Positions 50,701 through 64,000 of a DNA stretch of 64,000 bases are shown here, in pieces. The notes beneath the pieces were generated by a model. It worked only from the letters and a program-made list of their open reading frames with translations, was not told the origin of the DNA and searched no databases. Made by a program: the position numbers and the translations under genes. This DNA is from Phoronis australis (lineage: Eukaryota > Animalia > Phoronida). The DNA is taken from contig NMRA01000320.1 of NCBI GenBank assembly GCA_002633005.1, forward strand, positions 420,405-484,404, given 5' to 3'. The first letter of the stretch is position 1; every line of letters begins with the position of its first letter.

Positions 50701-53700
50701 TTGAAAGACACCTTACATGAACTGTCAATGTTTTATAAGAAGGATGCACAAGTCATTTAGATTTTTCACTTAAAAACACTTGCCCAAAGCTTTAATAAAG
50801 CAGTTGTCCTTGGCAACATCATTCCTAAATGCCAGCAAGTTAAATTTTCCATCTTGTTTTGTCACTATCAGGATATCCATGGTGCCCTGAAAAAAGATTA
50901 AGAAAAGACTTTACTTCCTAAAAACAAATGAAAAATAGATGTTTTATGCGTTATTCACCACTTGTGATTTCACAAAGAATTTATAGCCACTGGCACAGAT
51001 ATATTGCAGAAGCTGCCCTCTGTTTGAATTCATCTTCACTATACTCCTCTCCCAAATGAAAGTTTTAAAATTACGAAAGGCCTTTATAATTCTATTAAAA
51101 AGAGAGACGCAGCAAAGCAACAAAGTAAGACAAAAATAAGGTAACATTACATCCACCTAATGTGCAAGTATCATTACTCAAAATAACGTCACCAATCATA
51201 CATCACAAGAACAACTCCAGTGACATCTGTAGGAAAAAAACAACACCTACATCTTCACCAATGTCATAGAATGTGGCCAGAACTGGATGTTCCGTCTTGT
51301 TCAGGGCAGTTTCCCACAAAATGTGGAATGTCCGGCCGAATGTAGGACACTTCTTGACACCAGGGGCACATGGCACATTTTCTAATAAAACAACTTGGTG
51401 GCTCAATGATCTGGAATAAGATATTTACAAAAATTTGACGAGATGAAACGATACTGATTGGCCAAGAAAAACCTTCAATATTGGTTCAGATCTACACTCA
51501 TTGTAAAGAGCCCTGTACACAACAATAGACTTAAAGCAGACTCGTCTCCCTAATGAATGAACATATTAAGCAAAATTAGCAGAAGCCGCTCACAAATAAA
51601 ATTTCTCCAAATTTATCAAGCTGTGGCTTAAAATTTCATATATTTACACAACACTTTACATCTAAAGCAAGGCACCACTTAAATGAAGTTGTTTATCGTT
51701 TCCTTTAGAAAAATAAAAATAGTTCAACCAAAACCCATGCTGATGCATCATTATAATTTGCACATAAGTGGAGATATCAAACTCATACTTGTCACTGTTC
51801 ACTGTATACAACACGGTAAGAGCATCCGGATAACTATCCTGGTTGAAATCTCCCACCCAAAGTTGTAGCGGCTGTGTCAGTTCCTGATTGACACTCTTAT
51901 CCGGGGGTGTGAACCTCCAGACAGTGCCACCATTGGACAGCTTGACTGGAATTGTCTGCCACTGTAAACGCAACATCATAATCATAACGGTTAAAAGGAA
52001 AATGCAGATCACGTCGAATGAAAGATTTTAAGAAATACTTTGACAAAGTTGAATATATTTGTCTCAGGGTCAGTATTTTACGCAATTACCTTGTCTCTCT
52101 ACCTTTAGTAACTGAGCTCGTTTATTTTTAAATATTTTTTTAAAATGTGTACAGCTTCAGAAATCGTTTTCCCATTGTAACCCAGTTGCCATACATTCAC
52201 CAGTACGACCAAGCTCAGAAGAGCAGGATACAATGGGCTTAGTGGACAATGTTTTCTCTTTATCAAGGGACATGAATATTAGGCTCCTATTTTGTGATTC
52301 CTTTTATCGAAAATTTAGCGAACATATCTTAGGTTACCTTGTTATTTGAGTACAGATGCAGCTGACTGTTGCTACAATCTTCATCAGTGCAAGATGGGAG
52401 GAGTATATCAACTTGACCATCAGAATCTGAAAAGCCCATAACATTTCAGGATTTCTGTTACAAAACCCAATAACTTTTCTGGCCAACATGGAGAGTCAGT
52501 AGACAAAGTGCGAAACTAATGCCCTAGTAACAAGTGCTGAGGCGCTGTTCTTCAATTTTAGACTGACATAATTTTTTGACATTTTTACCTAAAGCAGCAA
52601 ATAAACTCACCTTCCATCACAGATTGACAAATTATGATTTAAATAAATTACCGGTACGCAATAAGTCTCAAACTGTTTTTAAGTCAAATTGGATGCAATT
52701 TCAGGTTTGACACTAGTCTGTGCTGGTTGGCTTGTCACATAATAAGTGTTTCTAGCTGCTTTCATGGAATACGCTACCTTCATTACCAAGTGTGTACTTT
52801 CTCCAGTAACTTTTTGAATATTAATGGTATACTCAAAAACTATATTTCTAAAATCCTTGATGACCATAGAATCTTATGTGCAGGAAACCACTACCCAGAT
52901 GTTCATAATCTTATGATTTCAAGATAGTGTGACAAAAATCTGTTTCTGGAAAAAACATCAATCATCGTGAAAAATCTTGATCTATACATTTTCCAACATG
53001 AATGTTTTTGCCAAAAATTTGCTAATTCTGTTTCTTTAAATTAGCTACAAAAGAATGCATGGGATTATCTTTTAAGGACTTTAAGCACAAACGCACTACT
53101 GTCAAAAATTAAGACTTCCGTCTTTTTCAATTAATCTTGAGGTCTTCACTTTTAACAGCAGAGTTATCAGGCAAAGAGGCTTTAAAAGAAAACCCCATGC
53201 ATGCTTTTGTTTCAAGTGAACAAATTCAGGTTTGTGGAAATAATGACAATCTTCGGAAAAAATCTAAATTTTTTTGGAAAAAAAATAATCACATGATTAT
53301 GAACGTCTGGGCATTATTTTTGTGCACATAATGAGACTCTGTGACCACCAAGGAAATATAGTTTTATGGGTCTACTATTGATACTTAAACGCTTCAGAAG
53401 CACTTTGCTCCTCCATAATGAAGATGAATATTTAGTAAAACGTTGATCCTGTGACCAGGAAGATCATTTTCAATAGACACCCGCTGAAAAAGTCTACACA
53501 GTCAGCCTTCTGCGGCAATAAGTCATGTCTCCAAACGAACTGTCCCAACTTACAGCAAAGGCATCGATTTTGACCTTGATGCATCAGGCACCAAAATACG
53601 CCTTTACAGATTATGATGAACATATTTTGATGCACCAAAATTGCAACAGCAAACAATGCTGGTATTAAGGAGAAAAACGACTCGTGACAGTAACTAAAAT

Positions 53701-56700
53701 ATTTTTAAATATAAACAGTGTAGAAAATGGATTGGGGATCTCCCAAGAACGTGCAGCATTGTGGGTAAACAGCAAGGTCCAGATTTCATTTTGCAATTTG
53801 ATTAATACTTCACACGTCTTACCCATGTCTATGAAGGAAAGCTGTCCAACAACTTTAAGAGTATCAGCGCTGGGCAGGGGCACAATGTCTGTACTTTTAA
53901 AAGTGCCATTCTACAACAAAAATGACCACAAAATTCCAATTACTGACTATCAATAGTGTTCTCCACAACAAAATTCCAAACTCCACGCAAATTTTTATTT
54001 TAGTAGTAAAAACTATTCTTTACCTAACCAGAACATGGTCACTGTGTATTTCAATATACGTTTTAAAAATGTACACTGAACTGGTGTGACCTACTTTTTG
54101 ACTTTCCTACCAATTTTTCACCATAAGTCCTCTAAAGCATTCGTGACAGACTCAGAAAATCAAACTTAGAGGTTATAAGTTCCTTTACTAATAAAAAAAA
54201 GAATTCCTTCAAATTTTTTAGCAATAATTTACACTCTATACTTACAAAAATTGGGTCATATATGTATTGTTAACTGGCTCATAGCATTAGGAACTATGGT
54301 TGATGTTGGCAAATTCACACTCATTTTTGATTCTGAGGGCAAAAGTGCCAAGCCAGCCAGCCAAAGTTTTAACTTGGCGCTGCATTTTTTAAACTCGATG
54401 CGCATTTTCCAAACTCAACGCCGCAAAATTTAAACTTGTTGCTGCGTCGAGTAAAAACCGGTCGTGGAGAACACTGCAATAACCGCTACTAAATAAGGGT
54501 AAAATGTAAACATTTTCCAGTCAACATAAGTCTAAAAAGATTTCTGCCCCCAAATGGGACTCGAACCCAGGACCTTCTGGTAACTGTTGAGCAGGTGATA
54601 ATTAGATGTTCAATCACTTCTTCAAACTAGTACTTCTACTCACCACATTGAGCCAGAACTCAATCTGCAGTGTCTTGTTACTAGACATCACAACCAGGTC
54701 TGTAACAAAGCAAAGAGGAAAATGTTAACGTAAGTAATTCGGATGTGTAGAGGTTTATCACCAACCTGCTAATTTTGTTTTGACAGTGCCGGAATTTACG
54801 CTTGACTGTTTTAGACAGTTTTCAATACCATGAACAGCAACTGTAGTTGAAGTTGCATGGAATCAAAGTTGAAATTAACTCATACGCTTAGGAATAGCTT
54901 CAATATTTACATTTGCAATATAAAAAATTTTCAAATTCTCTTAGTGTTGGCTTTCTTCAAATTATTTTCTGCTATTATTTCATCAGATGAAGACTGGTGA
55001 TTAAGGCCAATTCTGAAGGATTTTCTATCCACTTAGGTACAGTGAGGCTTGAATAGACCCACACGTGATAAACTAGAGGTCATCTACTCAGACAACATTC
55101 TGTTAGAGCAGGTCATATCAACTGGGACATTTTGGAAATGCGTACTGATAATAAAACTGACATGGACAGTATGATCAAAACACCACTAAATACATGGCAC
55201 ATCAAGTTTAACAGGGATGTTAATCAAGTGGTTTTTGTAATTAACACAGAGCGGAAATCTACATTCTGTAACCGCATCAGCTACTTCATCAGAAGGAAAG
55301 ATTCCTGGCAGAGGTCAGCCCACAAACACAGCACCACTGACATTTTACCATTATGTGACAGTCATTGCATGAGGGCACAATACAACGCAAACACAGTGAA
55401 TTTCAGTCATCTTTATTCATGTCAGGATTGTTGCCAACACCAGTTTAATCAATGTGACTAGACATTAATGTGTATATGACCAAACAAAGGCACAACATTA
55501 CACAGACAAACAAGTTCTTACCAGCATCATAGTCTCCACTGAAGTCTAGAAAACCATTAGAGCAAGGTTTTACGAAGACCGGCGACACCTGGTGTGATGG
55601 GAAAGGAACCTTTGTGATGTTTCTATGCCTGAAAAAGGATGAAAAAGGTAAGTTGTAAGGGTTGCAAAAAGTGTTATTTCTTACTGAGAACACGAAATTT
55701 GACACAAGTAAGAAAAAATATACAATTAAAATGTACGTTTCAATAAACTGTGAGCATTTTTTATTACAGCTTAAGGCGTTGTGTAAATTTTCAGGTCAAA
55801 AATATTCCTCTCTTGATTATATTAGCCCGTTAATGTCAGTCAGAAAACAATGTGCTATATATTAATCTATTACCGGTCAAATGTATGGTAATTTTTCATG
55901 AGTTTATAAAAGACTACCACATGGGAAAAATAAACATTATTTATGCCTCTCCAATTGCCCAGCTTCCATGCTTTATACACCACTACATCTCCATTATATG
56001 ATAATACAGTCACTGATCTCCATTATATCATAATACAGTCAGTGTTCTCCATTATATCATAATACAGTCAGTGTTCTCCATTATATCATAATACAGTCAG
56101 TGTTCTCTGTTATATCACAATACAGTTAGTGTTCTCCATTATATCATAATACAGTCAGTGTTCTCTGTTATATCATAATACAGTCAGTGTTCTCCATTAT
56201 ATGATAATACAGTCAGCGTTCTCCATTGTATCATAATACAGTCAGTGTTCTCTGTTATATCATAATACAGTTAGTGTTCTCCATTATATCACAATACAGT
56301 CAGTGTTCTCCATTATATCATAATACAGTCAGTGTTCTCCATTATATCATAATACAGTCAGTGTTCTCTGTTATATCANGAACAGCAACTGTAGTTGAAG
56401 TTGCATGGAATCAAAGTTGAAATTAACTCATACGCTTAAGAATAGCTTCAATATTTACATTTGCAATATAAAAAATTTTCAAATTCTCTTAGTGTTGGCT
56501 TTCTTCAAGTTATTTTCTGCTATTATTTCATCAGATGAAGACTGGTGATTAAGGCCAATTCTGAAGGTTTTTCTATCCACTTAGGTACAGTGAGGCTTGA
56601 ATAGACCAACACGTGATAAACTAGCAGTCATCTACTCAGACAACATTCTGTTAGAGTAGGTCGTATCAACTGGGACATTTTGGAAATGCGCACTGATAAT

Positions 56701-59700
56701 AAAACTGACATGGACAGTACGATCAAAACACCACTGAATACACGGCACAATAAGTTTAACAGGGATATCAATAAAGTGGTTTTTGTAATTAACACAGAGC
56801 GGAAATCTACATTCTGTAACCGCATCAGCTACTTCATCAGAAGGAAAGATTCCTGGCAGAGGTCAGCACACAAACACAGCACCACTGACATTTTACCATT
56901 ATGTGACAGTCATTGCATGAGGGCACAATACAACGCAAACACAGTGAATTTCAGTCACCTTTATTCACGCCAGGATTGTTGCCAACACCAGTTTAATCAA
57001 TGTGACTAGACATTAATACGTATATGACCAAACAAAGGCACAACATTACACAGACAAACAAGTTCTTACCAGCATCATAGTCTCCACTGAAGTCAAGAAA
57101 ACCATTAGAGCAAGGTTTTACGAAGACCGGCGACACTTGGTGTGATGGGAAAGGAACCTTTGTGATGTTTCTATGCCTGAAAAAGGATGAAAAAGGTAAA
57201 ATGTAAGGGTTGCAAAAAGTGTTATTTCTTACTGAGAACAAGAAATTTGACACAAGTAAGAAAAAATATACAATTAAAATGTACATTTCAATAAACTATG
57301 AGCATTTTTTATCACAGCTTAAGGCGTTGTGTAAATTTTCAGGTCAGAAATATTCCTCTCTTGATTATATTAGCCCCTTAATGTCAGTCAGAAAACAATG
57401 TGCTATATATCAATCTATTACCGGTCAAATGTATGGTAATTTTTCATGAGTTTATAAAAGACTACCACATGGGAAAAATAAACATTATTAAAGCCTCTCC
57501 AGTTGCCCAGCTTCCATGCTTTATACACCACTACTTCTCCATTGTATGATAATACAGTCACTGATCTCCATTATATCATAATACAGTCACTGATCTCCAT
57601 TATATGATAATACAGTCACTGATCTCCATTATATCATAATACAGTCACTGATCTCCATTATATCATAATACAGTCAGTGTTCTCCATTATATCATAATAC
57701 AGTCAGTGTTCTCCATTATATCATAATACAGTCAGTGATCTCCATTATATCATAATACAGTCAGTGTTCTCCATTATATCATAATACAGTCAGTGTTCTC
57801 CACAGAAAATTCAAACTCGATTAGAATTACGAAATTCCATTTCCATACTGTGGGGAGTTAGCGGGTGATAAGTCTTGGAATAAATGCACTGAACTGAAAA
57901 CGAAAGTCCAAATTCTCCTCATTTGCTTAAAAAATGACTAAGCTCCCAATAATTCAAACTCATTCCACAGATTTCCAAACTCAATGCAAGTCAGCCACAC
58001 TCATCATGGCACAATTCAAACACGACGCAATGTTGAGTCATAACAGGTTGTGGAGAACAATGAATACCTAAAAAATCACGTGTTCAAACAAAATCTTCAT
58101 ATTTGAGCTAAGAGAGGAGAGACAAAATGGAAATTTATAAACAGATACGGCCATATTAATAACCCAAAATGACTAGACATTACTCACGCTGTGACCCAGA
58201 CGTGTCGATATCCTGCAGGTTCTTCAGCAAATAGGTCAGGTATGTGGTCACCATTGTAGCTGGAAATGGCAAAATGGGGAACAACATTCAAACTTTTATC
58301 AGAGGACGTGTATGTGAGAAATGCATTACAAAACCCTCAAGCTGAACAATTCACAAAATTCAGGCAACATTTTTAGGACACAAATTATGTTGCCTAGCAC
58401 ACAGATATATTACACTCAAACTGTACCAAAAATGTTCTCAAAAATATTCTGAATTATGTACTAAGATACAGTTTCCCTGGAACTTATGTTTGTTTTCTCG
58501 TTTCACAGATGTCAACATTTGTTTTGTAAGGCAAATTAAAGTTAGCAGAAATGCCAAAGTTGTTCAGTTTCGGCACAGAGCGCACATAGTTGCACAAGTT
58601 CAAGTCAGGTATCAATGAATTTTCAACACAGGTGAGGCAGCAAGTAGATCAGTAATCTAATTTAAAGAACACAAAAACATTTTAAGTCTGGTCTGCACAC
58701 CACCTATTGGCCACATCATGTGACCTAACGAACATAAGTCTGAAAAGATTTCTGCCCCCGAATGGGACTCGAGTCCAGCTACAAATTACAGCGATTGTCG
58801 AAATAAATGTAAAGAGTAGGTAGTTAGTCTGCCATGACCAATCGTGTTCATAGATAAAAACACAGCAAAGATTTCTAAATTTTGAAGAAAACAATTTCAC
58901 ACAATTCAGTTTCGTCAAAATGTTCACAATATCACCAAATGTTGTTTCGATGGTTTGTTTAGCTATTTACATAAAAACATGTTTAACAATGAAGAGCAGT
59001 AGAAGCCAGCGCTTCGAAAATGCTACTGTAGATATGGACAAGTACTAGTTAGTCTGGCAAGTCGGGGTTACAACTAAAACACGGAATGACAGAGATCTGC
59101 AGACTAAACGTCCTACTTTCAGAACGACAGTGCTCACTCAGCGATACTCCTGACTAGGTCTGAGCCTGTGACCTTTGGGCACACCTGATGATAAAAAGTT
59201 TGCCTTTTTTCAAAAAGTTGTGTCTGGCTGACTAAGAGTAATTAAAATTGTGACATGTGAAACAGAAACCCCAAGGACAATCAAAATACAAACAGTGTCA
59301 TGTTTTACTGTCTATAAGTTGACTAGAATCTTTTGGTGGGAGAGTGTTGCGTTTTAAAAGATGCACCCTTGGGGCGCACTGCCGCACTGTGCTTATGCCT
59401 TTTTTATTTTTTACGCACAAAGGCGCACACATAACGATCGATTCAATTTGTGAGCAAAATTATGGGAGTGTCCATTCACGTTATTTCAAGTGACTTGAAA
59501 AGTCAAATCGTTGCATCATTACAAAAAGTTCTCTATTCCGTGCCATTTGGGACGTAATCTCAACACAGAATGACTTATTTGGGACCTAATCTCAACACAG
59601 AATGACTTATTTGGGACCTAATCTCAACACAGAATGACTTATTTGGGACCTAATCTCAACACAGAATGAGGCCAAACTCATTTGGGACCTAATCTCAACA

Positions 59701-61981
59701 CAGAATGAGGCCAAACTTATTTGGGACCTAATCTCAACACAGAATGAGGCCAAACAGTCACTCTGTTGAAATGTGTATACTCACTCCATAACCAAGGGCT
59801 GGTCACTCATGGAGATCACTTGACCGTCAGGTATGAACTTGTGCTGCCCATTACCCCAATAGATTTGGACAGCAACTTCCGTGTCACCAGCTTTCCTCAC
59901 GACAATCAGATCAATCTGTAAGTCTCCATCAAAATCACCGGGCACTACGCTCACTATCTCAGAATCGTTTGCATGAGATTCAACAAGGGTCTCTTGTCTG
60001 AAGACAATCTTCTGCGAGAATTTGTCCTCTACAGGAACCAACGCTTCAACTGATTTCCCTGTCATACAAATGTGAATCGTAACAGAGCCATTTTAAACCA
60101 AGACACTAAATGATGATGCCTGCAGTCATAATGAGTATAAATGGACACAGAATTTCAACCAAAAGACGTTTGAAATTACCAATAATGCAATATTTGGGCC
60201 AATCTCTGAAAGCACCTACTTAGTACACATCAATGTGTGTCTATTTATATCCATTATTACCGTAGGTGCACTTGATTACAACAAAAACATTAAGCAAACA
60301 CCAAACCCATAGAGAAACTTTTCAAAACAGCAGCAAGTGAAACTTGTTTGATTAAGAAATGTTGACATACCTTCAATTTAACACTATCCATCACATGTTA
60401 TACAGTGATTGCATGTTTCTCTAAATCAGAGTACACTATATCTAGACACGTAGCCTGTCCGTAAACAAATATTTACAGCCAGTGCTGATTTTTGCAGCCC
60501 AAACTGATGCCAGTGTTAGGAATGTGGTATTCTCTTGTTTTGTGGCGTCATGCGGCGCTGTCTGTGTTTGTCCCTGTGTGTGCGTTGTTTTCATGGTGAG
60601 CCTGCCCTGAATATTAGTCATATGACTCTCTGGGCATTTGAATGCTGTCTTAGGTGTAAACCTCTGGTCTGTGAAGACGTATTTTTCCGAGTGTCTGGGC
60701 TTGATTCCAGTTGTGTGTTACCTGTGTAAGGTCTAACAGCTCCAAGTCAGGTAAGACTATCTTCTGAACTACCTGCTTGCAGGCCACGTTCACTATACTT
60801 GCAACTGATTTGATTCTATTTGGCCCGGTTGGTGAGCCAAACTGATGCCTGTGCCAAACTGAAGTTACCATAAGTTACCAAATTACTGCCAGTGGTTTAT
60901 ATTTTTTAACAGTCATCTGAACAGAAATTGACAACAATGAGCGTGGAGTGGTACGTAAAAGTTTCTCAGGACACTTCCCCAATTTAATTAATTCGTATGA
61001 CCTCACTGGTTCCATGTGTGCCGCTGGGTGGTAGCCAGTACACAGGTATCACGTAAATTTCTTCGGGAATTTTTTTTACTCCAGCGTTTCTGATTGGCTA
61101 GCCGAATTCTCAACAGGCAGCGCTATACGATGGAAGAAGTGTAAATGTGGTCGGCTGTTGTACAGACAAGTCGGTGCTTAAAATTTATGTTCCAGAAATG
61201 TGAATCCCAGAAAATTGTGGTAGCTCCTTTTCAGAGTGCATCTTTCTACTGTTGCTGACTTTTGTTTACGTTGCTGTCCTGTATTCATACAGTGTGAATA
61301 ACACACTAGTTAAATCAGCCAGATGACGGCGTATTTATTGTACATGTATGTGCTTCAAACACGCGTCTATAAACATCACTGCAGAAACAAAATAGTTGCT
61401 GCTACGCCACTTACATGACAAGGCTAAAAAATCGTTCATAGTCCACCATTTTCTCACTTTGTCGTAAAGCTAACCAATGACTGCCACGGTCCATCAACCA
61501 ATGATAAAGTGCGTGCTACTGCCTGCTACCTGCGTGCTGGCTAGCTAGTGGCACGCAAGGGACCAGTGAGTCCTAGGCTTAATGACCAGCATACTTGAGT
61601 ACACTCATTGCCGTCAATTTCAGTTCTGATAACCCCCTCCCATAAACCACTGGCAATAATTTGGGTGTGGAGCATGCATAAGTTACTCACACCAGACGGC
61701 GCCAAATTGAAGTGAGCCAAATCAGTTATGGGCGGCATCAGTTTGGGCTGCCACATCGATAACGACTAACGTCAGTAACATGTGATGATGTACGTACCTC
61801 CTTGTCCTATGGAAAAAACATCAGTAGACTTATCGAAATTAATATCTCCAAAGGAAGACGGGAGTACGTGCATAGGCTTACTAAATACATCGGCCGTTAT
61901 GTTGACTAACTGCCCGTTACACACATAAATAAATATTATGACAAATACATTCTTTAGTAGAACATATTTTGCGAATTTCAT
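44785..61981 (-). CDS. ITFG1: ITFG1 / T-cell immunomodulatory protein / LINKIN (FG-GAP repeats, single TM, conserved cytoplasmic tail), ~598 aa
   Basis: Exons (minus): 61981-61798, 60058-59785 (VVPGDFDGDLQIDL...DQPLVMD), 58259-58188, 57176-57070 (duplicate at 55628-55522), 54699-54644, 53910-53823, 52426-52338, 51961-51789 (GDFNQDSYPD), 51410-51251, 50886-50784 (GC donor), 50229-50195, 49028-48950, 48452-48337 (QLSKTAHFALQLPYVDFGLGKTPNFVD), 47899-47817 (IIPNSQLVVYPYP; duplicate at 46965-46883), 45581-45464 (TM, LHWKEK), 44844-44785 (EKRQDAHKFHFDAM*). Phases consistent; 1797 nt using one copy of each duplicated exon. Confidence 0.95.
46215..48022. repeat. Apparent ~0.9-kb tandem duplication including ITFG1 exon 14 (likely allelic contig overlap)
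   Basis: 46215-47148 is repeated at 47150-48022; single N at 47149; the first copy ends inside a minisatellite. Confidence 0.85.
46981..47148. repeat. 20-bp minisatellite (ttgtaatgaacacacgggtc), ~8 copies; ~5 copies at 47915-48022
   Basis: Direct tandem periodicity of 20. Confidence 0.95.
48751..48937. repeat. 61-bp tandem repeat, 3 copies
   Basis: agttgtcctagagcgagttgttctagggtagactgcatgtggacataat.tg.accctatg at 48751, 48812 and 48873. Confidence 0.9.
54521..54590 (-). mobile_element. tRNA-derived SINE fragment (second copy ~58730-58776)
   Basis: Minus strand GGTTCGAGTCCcatt.ggggcagaaatcttt..agacttatgtt, shared by both copies; Pol III B-box. Confidence 0.6.
54832..57802. repeat. Apparent ~1.5-kb tandem duplication including ITFG1 exon 4 (likely allelic contig overlap)
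   Basis: 54832-56378 is repeated at 56380-57802; single N at 56379; the first copy ends inside a 29-bp minisatellite. Confidence 0.85.
55989..56378. repeat. 29-bp minisatellite (ctccattatatcataatacagtcagtgtt), ~13 copies; ~9 copies at 57537-57802
   Basis: Period of 29 read directly from the sequence. Confidence 0.95.
59545..59755. repeat. 32/39-bp minisatellite, 6 copies
   Basis: atttgggacctaatctcaacacagaatga at 59545, 59577, 59609, 59641, 59680 and 59719; later units carry a ggccaaa insert. Confidence 0.9.
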
Positions 61982-61994
61982 GATTCAGCTCATC

Positions 61995-62041
61995 CCGGAA
62001 GTGAAGTGTCAACAAGTGAAATTCTCAGAGCCATCTAGTGT
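61995..62041 (-). promoter_or_regulatory. ITFG1 promoter motifs: ETS/GABP site and CTCF-like site
   Basis: CCGGAAGTG 61995-62003 just upstream of the ATG; gccatctagtg 62030-62040 (CACTAGATGGC on minus). Confidence 0.4.
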
Positions 62042-64000
62042 CATTCGATGTAACTAAGTCATGGTCCCGCGCCACCGGAGTAAGCGTGAGTGCCCTCTGT
62101 GCGCCGTGAGGAGTTCGTTCCAAGAAAACTGACTTAGCTAAGAAAAATCTTAACTTTAAGCCAATTTCAAGATAAAGCTTCAATTTTTCTTAAGTCCGTT
62201 CCTAGAAAGTAGTCTTAAGTTTGACTCAAGTTTTTCAAGCAGATGTCGAACTTTCAAAGTTAAGTTGAGACAAATCTTAGACGTCAAAACATGAACGACC
62301 GACTAAGTCAGTTTTTGTAAAGAGCCCCTGCTTATTCAGATAGCGTATGCATGAACTTGAAATTCACTGGGAAACTTGTCAAGTTCACTCGAACTGTTCA
62401 CGTTGATAAAAACTTTACACTCAGTGCATTAAATCAAGTTAATAAAATAAAGTAAATTTTAACAAACACTTTTCAGCAATTATTTTTTCAAAAGTGATTA
62501 GCCATGCTCCTATTCTTTGACACAAGTTGTGGTAAAGAAGGAAATGGGTGATCACGGCCAACTGAATTGCAAAAAAAATTTTTGATTGCCCAACTGAACA
62601 TTCAATTCCAAGTTAAAAAAGTTCCGAAGCACAGCATCTACTGAAACAGTCCCAAATTGGGATTTGGTTCTCTGCCTAACATGTTTGGGCATCTGAGTTT
62701 TTGTCAAAGTTTACTCAATTTATCTGTGTTATAAGCTTCTCTTATGGTATTTTCTTATAGTAACATATCTGAAGACTCCAGTGGATTTTTAAAATCCGTC
62801 CCAGAATTAAGTATGAGACTACATCATGTACCTATACATTCTCAATGATGAATAATTAAAATGATTCATTAATGAGAATGCTCTATAAATTAGGGGCGTT
62901 ACATTATTTTCAATAATATTGAGAATTAAACGTAGAGTTTACTCTCGGTGTCAAAGCAAAAATTTACTGAATGCCAAAATGTTATAAAATTCAACCGGTG
63001 TTTACACCGTAAGTTCGTCCACGGCCGATGCTTAACAGGGTCAGGTATATTTGCTTTCTGGAGCTTCGCTTTTGTCAGTGCTGTCCAGGGTCGGACTGGG
63101 GTTGCAGTCGTCATACTTTCATTCAGACTTCCAGTTGGTGTGTCGGGTCTGATATATGAGCACACTTGCATAACCCACCCACTGCAGCCGCCACCACGAT
63201 GATTTTGTTTATTTACTTTAAGTAGAAAACTTTCATGGGCGCATAGTAGGCCTACTTCGTGAATGACTCGAGCATGACCTCTTATTGGTTTCCACTAATA
63301 AGGTTGGCTTTACGTTGCCTTATCCACTCTCATGGTTCCATGCATGTTAGCCCTCCTATCAGTCGCAGCTGCCGTGGAGTGCGACTACTTTGGTCACGGT
63401 GTTTGTACCACGTGACCCGCGGCTCCGCCGGGAAATGACTTTATTGCAAAGTCAGTTGACACCCGGCACTCGGACAGACTCTCGTTGTCAGACTTCCAGT
63501 TTTGGCAAAAACTAGCATTTCACCACGCTGTTTAGGTGTATTAAAACGGAAATCGAATTGGCCTAACTCTATTTTTGGGCCAATTAAGCCTTTTTTTCTC
63601 ATAAAATCGGTCTCATAATAGGCCTAGGCCTACTCAGGATTCCATTTCCGTTTTCACCAACAATTGCAAGATTGATTAAGTAATTTACACTTTTTAAATT
63701 ACGTAACACACTCACCTATCTGAGCATGGCCAGAGATACAATTCCCTACGAAATGACTATGAGTGCCTTTTTCGATTTACCTTACAAAGGGTTCGGGAGT
63801 TAAAAACTTCAACAGGATTCCTTGCCCCTTCTACACAAAATAGTGTATTTAAATATCTAAATAGTCTGAGAAATATCGCATAGTGGTTCCTCTCAAAATA
63901 TTATCTGAATTTTTTAAACTTTGGTTGCAAAACATCCACTCTTTTTAACAACCTTGCTGTCACTTCTTGTTCTGCTTATTCTGTCAAAAACCCCAAGCGG

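Noticed and set aside
55522-57176. Tandemly duplicated or mutually exclusive ITFG1 exon 4 (and exon 14)
   Set aside because: Identical peptides, duplicated flanking introns and a single-N junction point to a haplotype assembly artefact.
57831-57893. Possible extra ITFG1 exon (SVHLFQDLSPANSPQYGNGI)
   Set aside because: Exons 3 and 4 already join in phase and match the family, and the donor is weak.
59545-59755. CRISPR-like repeat with variable spacing
   Set aside because: The variation is a 7-bp insert shared by later units, not unique spacers; it is a minisatellite.
62926-63202. Overlapping ORFs upstream of ITFG1
   Set aside because: No recognisable domain or splice structure; probably repeat-derived or non-coding.

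Overview
Eukaryotic, AT-rich animal genomic DNA, probably a marine invertebrate (lophotrochozoan-like by inference; the taxon cannot be determined from the sequence). It comes from a draft heterozygous assembly. I reconstructed three complete spliced genes by hand with phase-consistent splice sites. (1) MYLIP/IDOL FERM-RING E3 ligase (+, 5 coding exons, 13273-22664, ~433 aa). (2) A secreted GH16 beta-1,3-glucanase/beta-glucan-recognition-type protein (-, 12 exons, 41615-27493, ~441 aa) with an intact EIDLVE catalytic motif and an unusual N-terminal degenerate, basic SUEL/rhamnose-binding-lectin-like domain. (3) ITFG1/LINKIN (-, 16 exons, 61981-44785, ~598 aa, one GC-AG intron). Intergenic and intronic DNA holds many transposon relics: an Ngaro/DIRS tyrosine-recombinase retroelement, a hAT transposase fossil, CR1/L2- and RTE-like LINE pieces, tRNA-derived SINEs, several MITEs and minisatellites. 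Three apparent tandem duplications joined by a single N are most likely unmerged allelic contigs. The most notable items are the lectin-GH16 fusion, a ~650-bp intronic inverted repeat pair bracketing two of its exons, and a perfect nuclear-receptor inverted repeat in the MYLIP promoter. Most ORF-track entries are spurious.
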